From an uncultured Clostridia bacterium (GTDB taxonomy: Bacteria > Bacillota > Clostridia > TANB77 > CAG-508): a DNA stretch of 46,548 bases. The notes beneath the pieces are model-generated. The model saw nothing but the letters and a program-made list of their open reading frames with translations. It searched no databases and had not been told where the DNA came from. Of the stretch, positions 27,001 to 35,411 are shown in pieces. Position 1 is the stretch's first letter. Every line of letters starts with the position of its first letter. Location of the stretch: positions 1 to 46,548 of the forward strand of contig CALXJZ010000003.1 in the NCBI GenBank assembly GCA_944388745.1. The letters are read 5' to 3'. The position numbers were made by a program, and so were the translations under genes.

Positions 27001-30000
27001 AACAGAAGAGGATGAAAATATAGGAATAAAAACTGTTACTTCAAATATTGTTAATTTCACTTTATTAGCAGCATATGAAGATGAGGAAGATCCTAATACT
27101 GGTAATAGTGGTCAAAGCGGAAATGGAAATAATAATAATGGAGGAACAACTGCTGAACCTCATTCTATTTCAGGTGTTGCTTGGTTAGATGCTAATAGAG
27201 ATGGAAAAAGAGATAGTTCAGAGCAATTAATGAGTGGAATAGAAGTTAAATTATATGATGCAAGTACACAGACTATTGCACAAAATGAAAATGGAGAAAC
27301 TTTAAGAACAACAACAAATTCTCAAGGAGCATATGAGTTTAATAATATACAAAACGGAAATTATTGGGTATTATTTGAATATGATACAGGTAATTATTCA
27401 TTAACTTCTTATCAAAAGAGCGGAGTTTCAGCTACATTAAATTCTGATGTTATAGCAAAATCTGTATCAATAGATGGAATAGAAAAAAACGTCGGAATGA
27501 CTGATACTATAACTATTGCAGATAATGGCTTATCTAATATTGATATGGGGTTAGTAACTAATAATAAGTTTGACTTAAAATTAGATAAATATATTAGTCA
27601 AGTTGTTGTAGAAACATCAAGTGGAACTAAGACATATAATTATCAAAACACACAATTTACAAAAGTTGATATAAAATCAAGAGAAATTGCAAACAGTAGA
27701 ATAACTGTTGAATATACTATTGTTATAACAAATGAAGGAGATATAGAAGGATATGCTAGCCAAATTGTAGACTATATTCCAGAAGGATTTACATTTGATG
27801 CGAGTCAAAATAAAACTTGGCTAAAAAATGAAAATGGAGATTTAGTTAATAGTAGTTTATCAGGAGAATTTATACAACCTGGTGAATCAAAACAATTAAC
27901 TTTAACATTAAATAAAAACTTAGATGAAGACTCAACAGGAAGTGTTATTAATGTAGCAGAAATAGGGCAAAGCAGAACAGCAAATAATTTGTCAGATATT
28001 GATTCTATAGGTGGAAATAGAAATTCATCAGAAGATGATTATTCACAAGCAGAGTTATTAATTTCTATTGAAACAGGTGCTTTAACATATACAATAATTA
28101 CAATTTTGGCAATTGGAATATTGACATTAATTATATTAATTATTAAAGGCAAAATAAAAATAAAACCATTTAAAAATAATAAAATTAAAAATATATTTAG
28201 TATATTTATGATTACAGGAGTTTTAGGAATTGTATTATCATCAGATGTATATGGATTTAGTGTTAAATGGTCAGCAGGTGATTATTTCACAGGAAGTAAT
28301 GATGTAAAATATGTTTGTGGACATACAGGTTGGCATATGTGTGCTACTAGTAACCATTATTACAATGGAACTGCATCTCAAATAAATGTAGAAAATTCTA
28401 CAGGTGATCCAGTAACATTGAAAACATTAACTCTAACAGAAAATGATAGTTCAGTTGATGTTGTAGCATTAAATGATACCTATAATTTAGTTGGACCTTA
28501 TAAAATAAGAAGTAATTGTGCAGACTCATATATAAGTGCTATTAATATACAGTATACACAAAATGGCCAAGCAAAGAAATCAACTAATACAAATCTTATT
28601 GTAGATCCAAAAGGAAATAAAATGGATTTAGATATGACTCAAAATAGAGACTATACTTTTTATATTAAAGTAAGTAGTAGTGTAGAAAAAATAAATAGTC
28701 TAAAGCTTACAGTTACTACAAAAGATGCAGTAAGAATTAGAACTACAACAACATATAAACTGAAATATATGTGTACTGGTCTTGAGGATGGTAGACATGA
28801 AAATGCTTCAGGAGGACTATCTACAACAGCAAAAGTAGAAACTACTCAACCAATGGTAACTTATAAGGAATATAGCGAATATGATGACGACTACAAAGAT
28901 GCTTCAAAAAATGTTTCATTTGGTTCAGTAGAAATTAAAGGTAGAATTACAATAAATAAAACAGATCCAGATACCGATGGAAATGGTAAAGCTTTAGAAG
29001 GAATAGGATTTACTTTAAGAATGACTTCAGGAAAATATGAAGGTTATTATGTATCAGCAGATAAAAATGGAAATGCAGTATATAATAGAGAGGAAACAAC
29101 ATTAATTACTGATAAAAATGGTAAAATTGCGATTAATTTATTAGAACAAGGTACATATGAATTGATAGAAACAGTAAATCCATATTATGGATATGAAGAA
29201 TTACCAAAAGTTATTAACAGTAATTTAACTATCAAAAATGGAAGTAACACTACATTAAATATTGAAAATGAAAGAAAATATATTAAAATTTCAGGATATG
29301 CATGGGAAGATATTGCTTGGGAAGTAGGAAAAACAGAAGATGCAAACCAATTATACAAAAATGTTGCAGATGATATTAATGATAAATTACTAGAAAATAT
29401 TACTGTTAGATTAAGAGACAACGAAGGAAATATAGTACAATTTAAAGATGAAGATGGAAATTTGGTAGATGAAACTGTAACAGATTCTAATGGTAAATAT
29501 ACTATGGTAGATGTATCAATAGACGATTTGGATAAATATTATATAGAATTCTCATATAATGGTATGGCATATGAATCAGTAAATATTATAGATATAGCTA
29601 ATCCTAATGGAACAGAAGCTATCGAGGGAGATAATAGGACAATATTTAATGAAAATTTTGCTCAGATAACAGCTGGTCAATCAAATGATAGTGGTGGAAC
29701 AAAAATAAATGATATACAATATAATACTGAAGATTATAAGAGCACAATTAATTATGAGGGTGAATATTTATACGGATACAGTGATGAGCAAATTGAAGAA
29801 GTTGCACCATATACAGGAATTACTTTAGAGGACTATAAAACATATTATCCAGTAAATGGAGTAGCTGATAAGTATATAACTTCATCTACTACATATAATG
29901 CATATACATCAGTAGGACAATCAGGATATTTATCAGATATAATAAGTGCAGATGAAATAAGAGAAAATGGAATAACTGAAATAGGAAGTACATTTGAAGA

Positions 30001-32428
30001 AGGTATAAACTTAGGATTAAAGAAAAGAGAAAGACCAGATTTATCAGTAGTAAAAGATGTAGAAAGTGCAAAAGTAAGTATAGTTGGAACACAACACGTG
30101 TATAAATATGGTGATAGATTTAACCAAGACTTATGGGAAGAAAATAGTAATGGAGTAAGTGGACATGATTTAGATCCACAAGTAAAATTTGAAGAAAAAT
30201 ATGCCGAAATGACGTATTCTAGACCATTATATCCATCAGATGTTTATTACGATGGAACAGATGACGAAGAAATTCGTGTAGAAATGACATATAAAATAGC
30301 AGTGAAAAATAATTCAACAAACTTAGGTGCAAATATTTATGAATTAGATGATTACTTTGATTCTAAATATAACTTAGTAGCAATAGGAACAGATATAAAT
30401 GCAGATGGAAGTATAATGGAAGGAACTGAAATTGTAGATTATACAGATGTAACAGAGGTTAATAGTGAATACAAGAAAGTAACAATTGGTGGAAATAATA
30501 GAGCTATCTTAGAATTAGGACCTCAACAAGAAGGATTTGTTTATGTAATACTTGAAGTAAATAAAGATAATATAATAGATATTGTTGAGTCAGAAGATAA
30601 TGAATATGCTAAATTAGACAATATATCAGAAATCAAAACATATGGTATAACAAAAACTAATGATAATGGTGAAAGTAAAGTATTTGCAGGAATTGACAAA
30701 GATTCTCAACCAGGAAATACAGATGTAAATGATAGAACAACTTGGGAAGATGATACAGATAAAGCACCTGGAATATTACTAATACTACAACAATTAAGAA
30801 CAGTAAATGGAAAAGTATTCTTAGATACAGATGAAACTTCTTTAGATGCAGGTAGTAGAGTACATACAGGAATAGCAAGACAAGGAAATGGACAATATGA
30901 TGATGATGAACAAGGAATACAAAATGTAAAAGTAACATTAGTTGATACTGAAGGAAATGTGGCACAAGTATATAGTGAAGATACTGAAACATATGAGGAT
31001 GCAGTGACTTATACTAATGAAAATGGAGAATATACAATTGATGGATTTATACCAGGAGAATATCAAATACAGTATACTTGGGGAGGTAATATAGACGGAA
31101 ATGGAATTAACTCAACATATACCCTAGATACAGGTGATGAACAAATTGTTAATGTACAAAATTATAAAAGTACAGTTGTAGATGAAACTGTATGGAATGC
31201 AAAAGGAACAGAAAAAGAATGGTATAAAGATAGCTTTAAACAAAATTATCCAGGATTAGAATGGAATACTGAAACAAATACGGAGATTCGAGCATCAGAT
31301 GCAGTAGATGATTATAACACAAGACTTAATATAGATTCAGAGATAGGTGATATGACTTATGCTGAAAAACAAAAATTGGAAAATACATATGATCCAAGTA
31401 GTACAGCAGATAAATATACAAATACACAAATGAATTCAACTACACAAAGTTTTGATGTTTATATTGAACTTAATGATACTGAAGATGTAAGAGATAATAT
31501 AACAGAACAAGGAACTATATCAGCAAGTGAAATTACTAGTGTGGATTTTGGAATAATAGAAAGATCAAGACAAATATTACAATTAGATAAAGAGATAACA
31601 TCAGTAAAAATTACTTTAGCAAATTCAAATGTTATAGTAAATGCTCAATTAGAAAATGGCCAATTAATAAATAATGCACAATATGTAACAGTAATGCCAC
31701 CTTCAAACGCAAATAATGGACAAGTTAAGGTTGAAATAGATCAAGAATTAATACAAGGAGCAACACTTGATATAGAATATGCTTTAAAAGTAACAAATAT
31801 TAGTGAGTTAGATTATCAAACACCTGAATTCTATATGTATGGTATTGGACATGGAGAAATTGAATCATCACTTATAACATTACAACCTTCATTAATAATA
31901 GACTATATAGATAACAACATGTCAACAGAAAGTGAAGACCATGAAAATTGGACTGTAGTCGCACAAGCTGATAGAGCTGATTACTTGTATGATGAAAATA
32001 GTAATCCAGATGGATTATTATCAAAGGACTTAGAAAGTACATTAAATAGCACAATTAAAATAATAACAACAGATCAACTAAAAGATGATGTATTAAAACC
32101 AATAGGAAATGATAGTGAAACAAGTACAACGGCATTATTAAGTGCACATAAATTATTATCAAATAATGATGAAACATTCTTAGAAAATAATGCAGAGATT
32201 ATAGTAGTCAAGAAAAATAATGGTGGACCAGTAATAACTACAATACCAGGAAATTATGAACCAGGTAATACTTATACATCAGAGGAAGACGATTCAGAAG
32301 CACCAGGAGTAACCATTGTACCACCAACAGGACAAACAACAAATACTGTTTCATACATTATAATAGCAATAAGCTCACTTGCAATAATAGTAGCAGGAAT
32401 AATCTTAATTAAGAAATTCGTGATTTAG
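24029..32428 (+). CDS. Giant 2799-aa surface protein: fusion of an A-paralogue and a B-paralogue, with internal TM hairpin
   Basis: RBS ggagga; signal peptide (VLA); residues 1-~1375 parallel gene A, ~1410-2799 parallel gene B; internal SIETG-TM-basic-hydrophobic-VYG; terminal VPPTG + TM + KK. Confidence 0.88.
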   Translation: MKGRVFKTAIVFLLIFTILLSHAAVLAEEVVNNIEEKAKALIEVSISKYNNFNIEERKGTLLQFNVKTGIEYAEGQDYGAIKKTTTLVDIPELNGQLPERVEVIAQSTKATNGQTSNIQGNYSYDKEQGILQLIASNEGEEPYNQYDSSSRDEYEVICVYGENAYTEQNEERIIEIKAVVSEDLYNEEIGSVTQTVTLPQNLTENIGSIISSDIRTENIYDGYIKSNTAHNTDYQTAYKESMNLLISYKDIGEKIVIDQSNSWQDENEQNLDNVDNVIYTSTQISKQDMIGILGEEGTIKVLAQDGSIIQEINKDTEEAQEGIIEIIYPENTENIKLEFSKPIKEGIIRLQNNKIIKSSVTSLNAKRIVTNESISLSNGEVIENAQKITEIQNAKSSVNLQIDNNGLGNGVTNNVVLTATLKSDSSEYNLFRNPVLRITLPAEVEKVVLGDVSILYGNALNIVESNVVDNSEGNKEIVIQLDGEQTSYNTDNINAGANIVIPANIVLKSDISSTQSVIKASYTNEVVSRNGYITEEGNCDDIPIDIVNTVASEGKNQEEEVLSSDANQDIQNTNQNTQTSNQEIQGQGIELEVYAQVGDKRLENGDNIHTSEIIKYVVSVTNTTDTTMNNVQINCQIPENTVYATVDIGTYTQEAYDYIENPDLKEYRFVAETLEPGQTRTGFYEIVVKDLADSENEKQISNTVSVSIGNTEYASTTLENTLIKSDLDVYLKSYIARDLKNGFSYYLDITNLTDQTINDVKVESTEFQKEMNILDAYYYTDSELALQKFGTYENGKLEGVISSIEPNETITIEIVVEAYNFDDNVNEVPLTMSVKSYTDENDIYYSNENRRSAYPTYVTVKMSSDREGEEVRYGEEVTYILEITNESKIRANVHVYDYLPEYLEPVSLEYERYIIEDDGFGDTMYDIEAEANIGYELEKVERDLSLIIEDQANIDEYLEIPAGKTVTMTIKATTVDTNETVQVSNYATAEKTEEDENIGIKTVTSNIVNFTLLAAYEDEEDPNTGNSGQSGNGNNNNGGTTAEPHSISGVAWLDANRDGKRDSSEQLMSGIEVKLYDASTQTIAQNENGETLRTTTNSQGAYEFNNIQNGNYWVLFEYDTGNYSLTSYQKSGVSATLNSDVIAKSVSIDGIEKNVGMTDTITIADNGLSNIDMGLVTNNKFDLKLDKYISQVVVETSSGTKTYNYQNTQFTKVDIKSREIANSRITVEYTIVITNEGDIEGYASQIVDYIPEGFTFDASQNKTWLKNENGDLVNSSLSGEFIQPGESKQLTLTLNKNLDEDSTGSVINVAEIGQSRTANNLSDIDSIGGNRNSSEDDYSQAELLISIETGALTYTIITILAIGILTLIILIIKGKIKIKPFKNNKIKNIFSIFMITGVLGIVLSSDVYGFSVKWSAGDYFTGSNDVKYVCGHTGWHMCATSNHYYNGTASQINVENSTGDPVTLKTLTLTENDSSVDVVALNDTYNLVGPYKIRSNCADSYISAINIQYTQNGQAKKSTNTNLIVDPKGNKMDLDMTQNRDYTFYIKVSSSVEKINSLKLTVTTKDAVRIRTTTTYKLKYMCTGLEDGRHENASGGLSTTAKVETTQPMVTYKEYSEYDDDYKDASKNVSFGSVEIKGRITINKTDPDTDGNGKALEGIGFTLRMTSGKYEGYYVSADKNGNAVYNREETTLITDKNGKIAINLLEQGTYELIETVNPYYGYEELPKVINSNLTIKNGSNTTLNIENERKYIKISGYAWEDIAWEVGKTEDANQLYKNVADDINDKLLENITVRLRDNEGNIVQFKDEDGNLVDETVTDSNGKYTMVDVSIDDLDKYYIEFSYNGMAYESVNIIDIANPNGTEAIEGDNRTIFNENFAQITAGQSNDSGGTKINDIQYNTEDYKSTINYEGEYLYGYSDEQIEEVAPYTGITLEDYKTYYPVNGVADKYITSSTTYNAYTSVGQSGYLSDIISADEIRENGITEIGSTFEEGINLGLKKRERPDLSVVKDVESAKVSIVGTQHVYKYGDRFNQDLWEENSNGVSGHDLDPQVKFEEKYAEMTYSRPLYPSDVYYDGTDDEEIRVEMTYKIAVKNNSTNLGANIYELDDYFDSKYNLVAIGTDINADGSIMEGTEIVDYTDVTEVNSEYKKVTIGGNNRAILELGPQQEGFVYVILEVNKDNIIDIVESEDNEYAKLDNISEIKTYGITKTNDNGESKVFAGIDKDSQPGNTDVNDRTTWEDDTDKAPGILLILQQLRTVNGKVFLDTDETSLDAGSRVHTGIARQGNGQYDDDEQGIQNVKVTLVDTEGNVAQVYSEDTETYEDAVTYTNENGEYTIDGFIPGEYQIQYTWGGNIDGNGINSTYTLDTGDEQIVNVQNYKSTVVDETVWNAKGTEKEWYKDSFKQNYPGLEWNTETNTEIRASDAVDDYNTRLNIDSEIGDMTYAEKQKLENTYDPSSTADKYTNTQMNSTTQSFDVYIELNDTEDVRDNITEQGTISASEITSVDFGIIERSRQILQLDKEITSVKITLANSNVIVNAQLENGQLINNAQYVTVMPPSNANNGQVKVEIDQELIQGATLDIEYALKVTNISELDYQTPEFYMYGIGHGEIESSLITLQPSLIIDYIDNNMSTESEDHENWTVVAQADRADYLYDENSNPDGLLSKDLESTLNSTIKIITTDQLKDDVLKPIGNDSETSTTALLSAHKLLSNNDETFLENNAEIIVVKKNNGGPVITTIPGNYEPGNTYTSEEDDSEAPGVTIVPPTGQTTNTVSYIIIAISSLAIIVAGIILIKKFVI

Positions 32429-32482
32429 GGACGTGCCAAATTGTTTCAAAATGAAACGAAAGGGACAGACCTAGGACAATTG
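32424..32482 (+). repeat. GGGAC-core element, copy 2 (two cores, overlapping giant-gene stop)
   Basis: tttagggacgtgcc ... agggacagacct; stems degenerate. Confidence 0.5.
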
Positions 32483-32514
32483 AAATAACCATCTTAGTAA
32501 AGGGATAATAAAAT

Positions 32515-32548
32515 AAAAAGCTATTGAAATAATTTTCAGTAGCTTTTT
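32515..32548 (+). terminator. Intrinsic terminator after the giant gene
   Basis: aaaaagctattgaaa-taa-ttttcagtagcttttt. Confidence 0.7.
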
Positions 32549-32559
32549 CTATTGCTTTT

Positions 32560-32566
32560 TTCGACA
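32560..32566 (-). promoter_or_regulatory. Spo0A box upstream of spoIIE
   Basis: ttcgaca = TGTCGAA on minus strand; spoIIE is an established Spo0A target. Confidence 0.55.
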
Positions 32567-32739
32567 AGATGTAATAAAATAAAAAACGTAAAAAGAGTAA
32601 ATAAAAGAAATAAAGGAAAACCTCTTAAAAAAACCTAAAAAAATGTAAAGAACTTTTTTGAATTAGATTACCAAAAAAGACAAAAACCACAAAGGACAAG
32701 TAGTAAAATAAGCTTATTAAAAACAAAGAGGTGGTAAGG

Positions 32740-35187
32740 ATGTTTCAAAATATGGATGGAAATGCAATAAATGTAAATGAAGGAAAAAAGGATATAAAAA
32801 GCGGAGTAAATATTTTTTCAAATGTATTTACAAAGAAAAACATATTAATATATATAGTATCATTATTAGTATCATTAGTAAGTATAGGATGGGACTTTTC
32901 AGTATTTAGCATTAGTTTATTAGGAGCTTGTTTAAGTTCATCTGTACCTGTACTTGGAATCGTACTAATTTCATTAGTAGGAAATGGTATTAAATTTGGA
33001 GTAGGAGGAGCATTAGAATACTTTTTAACAACATTAGTTCTAGTAATCTCTCTTTTCATATTTAAACCAAGATATAACGAAAATGAAAGAAATGAAAAAA
33101 TAAGAATAGGGAAAAATATATTTTTAGCAACAATCATAATACAAATTGCAAAATATGCAATTTCAGGATTTACACTTTATGATATATTATCAGGGATAAC
33201 AGTTTCAATAATTGCAATGGTATTCTACAAAATATTTGTAAATTCTATTGTAGTGTTACAAGATTTTAGACAAAAAAGAGCATTTTCGATCGAAGAATTA
33301 ATGGGAGCAAGTTTATTACTTGCGATTTCCGTAGGAGCATTTGGAGATTTTAACATAGTAGGATTTAATATTAGAAATATCTTAAGCATATTTATAGTAA
33401 TGGCATTAGGATGGAAAAATGGAATTCTAGTTGGGACAACCTCAGGAGTAACAATAGGAGTTACTTTAGGAGTAATAACAGGTTCAGAACCAATTATGAT
33501 AGCAGCATATGCAATATCAGGAATGCTTGCAGGAATATTTAATAAATTAGGAAAAATTGGAGTAATAATAGGATTTGCACTAGGGAATGTATTGCTTGCA
33601 TATGTTTCAAATGGATATACTGTAGAACTAATATATTTTAAAGAAATATTAGTTGCATCAATTGGATTACTTTTATTACCAAAAAATTTCCAAATAGATT
33701 TAGAAGAATTTATAGGAAATTCAAAATTTTTACCAGTTGTGCCAAATGGAGCGCTAAATAAAAGCAAGGAAGTTGCAGAAAACTTAACACATGTATCGGA
33801 TGCAATAAAAGAAATGGCAACATCATATAGAGGAAATATCGAAGATACAAGTGATGTAGAAATAAAAGAAAAAAATAAAGAAATATTTATGACAGAATTA
33901 TTAAATAATTTAGAGGCATATAAAGATAATATGTTATATGATGACATAGCAAATCCAGAAAGTGAAATCACAAAAAAGATATTTGAATATCTATTAGATA
34001 AACAAGAAATAGATAGAAAAGCATTGCTACAAATATTTGCAGATTGTAATAGCTATGTTGTAGGATTTGATGATAAAGAAGTTAGTCAATATTTAGAAGA
34101 TAATATATCTCAAATGGTTACATTAATAAATATTTCATATAAAGTTAGCAAAAATGACTTTATATGGAGAAAAAAGATAGAACAAAATCAAAAAAATATA
34201 GGAAACCAATTAACAGCGATGTCAAAAGCCATAGAAAAAATGGCAAAAGGAATGAAACAAGAAATACAAGAAGAAGCAAGCGGAAAAAATGATAATTATC
34301 AAAAAGAAACAATAAAAATCACAGAACTTTTAAAACAAAAAGATATACAAGTAGAAGAAATATTAATACAAAAACAAGATAGATTTTTCGTTACAATATA
34401 TGCAAAAGAAATTTTAGAAACAGCAAAAATAGAACTAATTGAAAAGCTATTAACAAAGAGTTTAGTAGAAAAAATAGTATTAAATGACGAAACAAGTGTT
34501 GGAACAAAATACACATTTTTATCAGACGATAAATTTGAAATGGCAATTGGAAATAGTATGGCAACAAAATCAAAAAGTGAGATATCAGGAGATAGCATAT
34601 TAAATATAAGACTAAAAGATGGAAAATACCTTGTTGCAATAAGTGATGGGATGGGAACAGGAAATCAAGCTAAAAAAAGCAGTACACAAGCATTAAAAAT
34701 GTTAGAAAACTTACTATTGTCTGGCTTTGATAAAAAAACATCATTAGACTTAATAAACTCATCATTAATAAATCAAGATAATGAAGTATTTGCAACACTA
34801 GACATAGCAATTTTAGACTTATATAAAGGAAACATAGAATTTATAAAAAGTGGAGCATGTCCAACATACATAAAAAACAATAAAAGAGTACAAATAATAA
34901 AAGCAAACTCATTACCAACAGGAATAATAGAAAAAGGAAACATACAAACATTTGACTATGATATAAACTCAGGAGATATTCTATTAATGTGTACAGACGG
35001 AGTATTAGACGCAAACATAGAATACAAAAATAAGGATCTATGGTTAAAATACTTATTAGAAGACATAGAAACAACAAATACAGGGAAAATAGCAGATTTA
35101 ATATTAAATGAAGCAATAGACAATAACTTTGGAGTAATAAAAGACGACATGAGCATAATAGTATGCAAATTTAAAAAGAGGGATTAG
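32740..35187 (+). CDS. spoIIE: Stage II sporulation protein E (membrane PP2C phosphatase)
   Basis: About 10 N-terminal TM helices; SGDS, ISDGMGTG, FATLD, CTDGV, DDMS PP2C motifs. Confidence 0.9.
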   Translation: MFQNMDGNAINVNEGKKDIKSGVNIFSNVFTKKNILIYIVSLLVSLVSIGWDFSVFSISLLGACLSSSVPVLGIVLISLVGNGIKFGVGGALEYFLTTLVLVISLFIFKPRYNENERNEKIRIGKNIFLATIIIQIAKYAISGFTLYDILSGITVSIIAMVFYKIFVNSIVVLQDFRQKRAFSIEELMGASLLLAISVGAFGDFNIVGFNIRNILSIFIVMALGWKNGILVGTTSGVTIGVTLGVITGSEPIMIAAYAISGMLAGIFNKLGKIGVIIGFALGNVLLAYVSNGYTVELIYFKEILVASIGLLLLPKNFQIDLEEFIGNSKFLPVVPNGALNKSKEVAENLTHVSDAIKEMATSYRGNIEDTSDVEIKEKNKEIFMTELLNNLEAYKDNMLYDDIANPESEITKKIFEYLLDKQEIDRKALLQIFADCNSYVVGFDDKEVSQYLEDNISQMVTLINISYKVSKNDFIWRKKIEQNQKNIGNQLTAMSKAIEKMAKGMKQEIQEEASGKNDNYQKETIKITELLKQKDIQVEEILIQKQDRFFVTIYAKEILETAKIELIEKLLTKSLVEKIVLNDETSVGTKYTFLSDDKFEMAIGNSMATKSKSEISGDSILNIRLKDGKYLVAISDGMGTGNQAKKSSTQALKMLENLLLSGFDKKTSLDLINSSLINQDNEVFATLDIAILDLYKGNIEFIKSGACPTYIKNNKRVQIIKANSLPTGIIEKGNIQTFDYDINSGDILLMCTDGVLDANIEYKNKDLWLKYLLEDIETTNTGKIADLILNEAIDNNFGVIKDDMSIIVCKFKKRD

Positions 35188-35243
35188 GGGACGGTCCTAA
35201 AAATCCCTCTTTTTAGGGATTTAGGGACGGACCTTAAATCCCT
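35173..35243 (+). repeat. GGGAC-core element, copy 3 (double hairpin overlapping spoIIE stop)
   Basis: aaaaagagggatt-[aggggacggtcctaaa]-aatccctcttttt then agggattta-[gggacggacct]-taaatccct. Confidence 0.8.
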
Positions 35244-35411
35244 GCTTTTTGAATTTTATTCTTTGCTATTATAAAATAGTATAAAATTTATTTCATTATT
35301 CTAAATGTTTTAGAAAATATTGTTTTTTATACTAAAATATAGTAAAATAAAGATGTTAAAAAATAAAAATTAATAGATTTAAAGATTATAAATAAATATA
35401 GGAGGACAATT

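Noticed and set aside
14838-32428. Diversity-generating retroelement or invertible cassette behind adhesin head variation
   Set aside because: No reverse transcriptase or recombinase, and no near-identical template/variable repeat pair noticed by eye; the paralogues are anciently diverged.
33225-33971. 248-aa antisense ORF in spoIIE, and the many other short antisense ORFs in the track
   Set aside because: Shadow frames of strongly codon-biased genes; no RBS or recognisable motifs.
35173-35243. CRISPR mini-array from the repeated agggatt/gggacgg units
   Set aside because: Only two units with no unique 30-40 nt spacers and no cas genes; copies are dispersed at gene ends.
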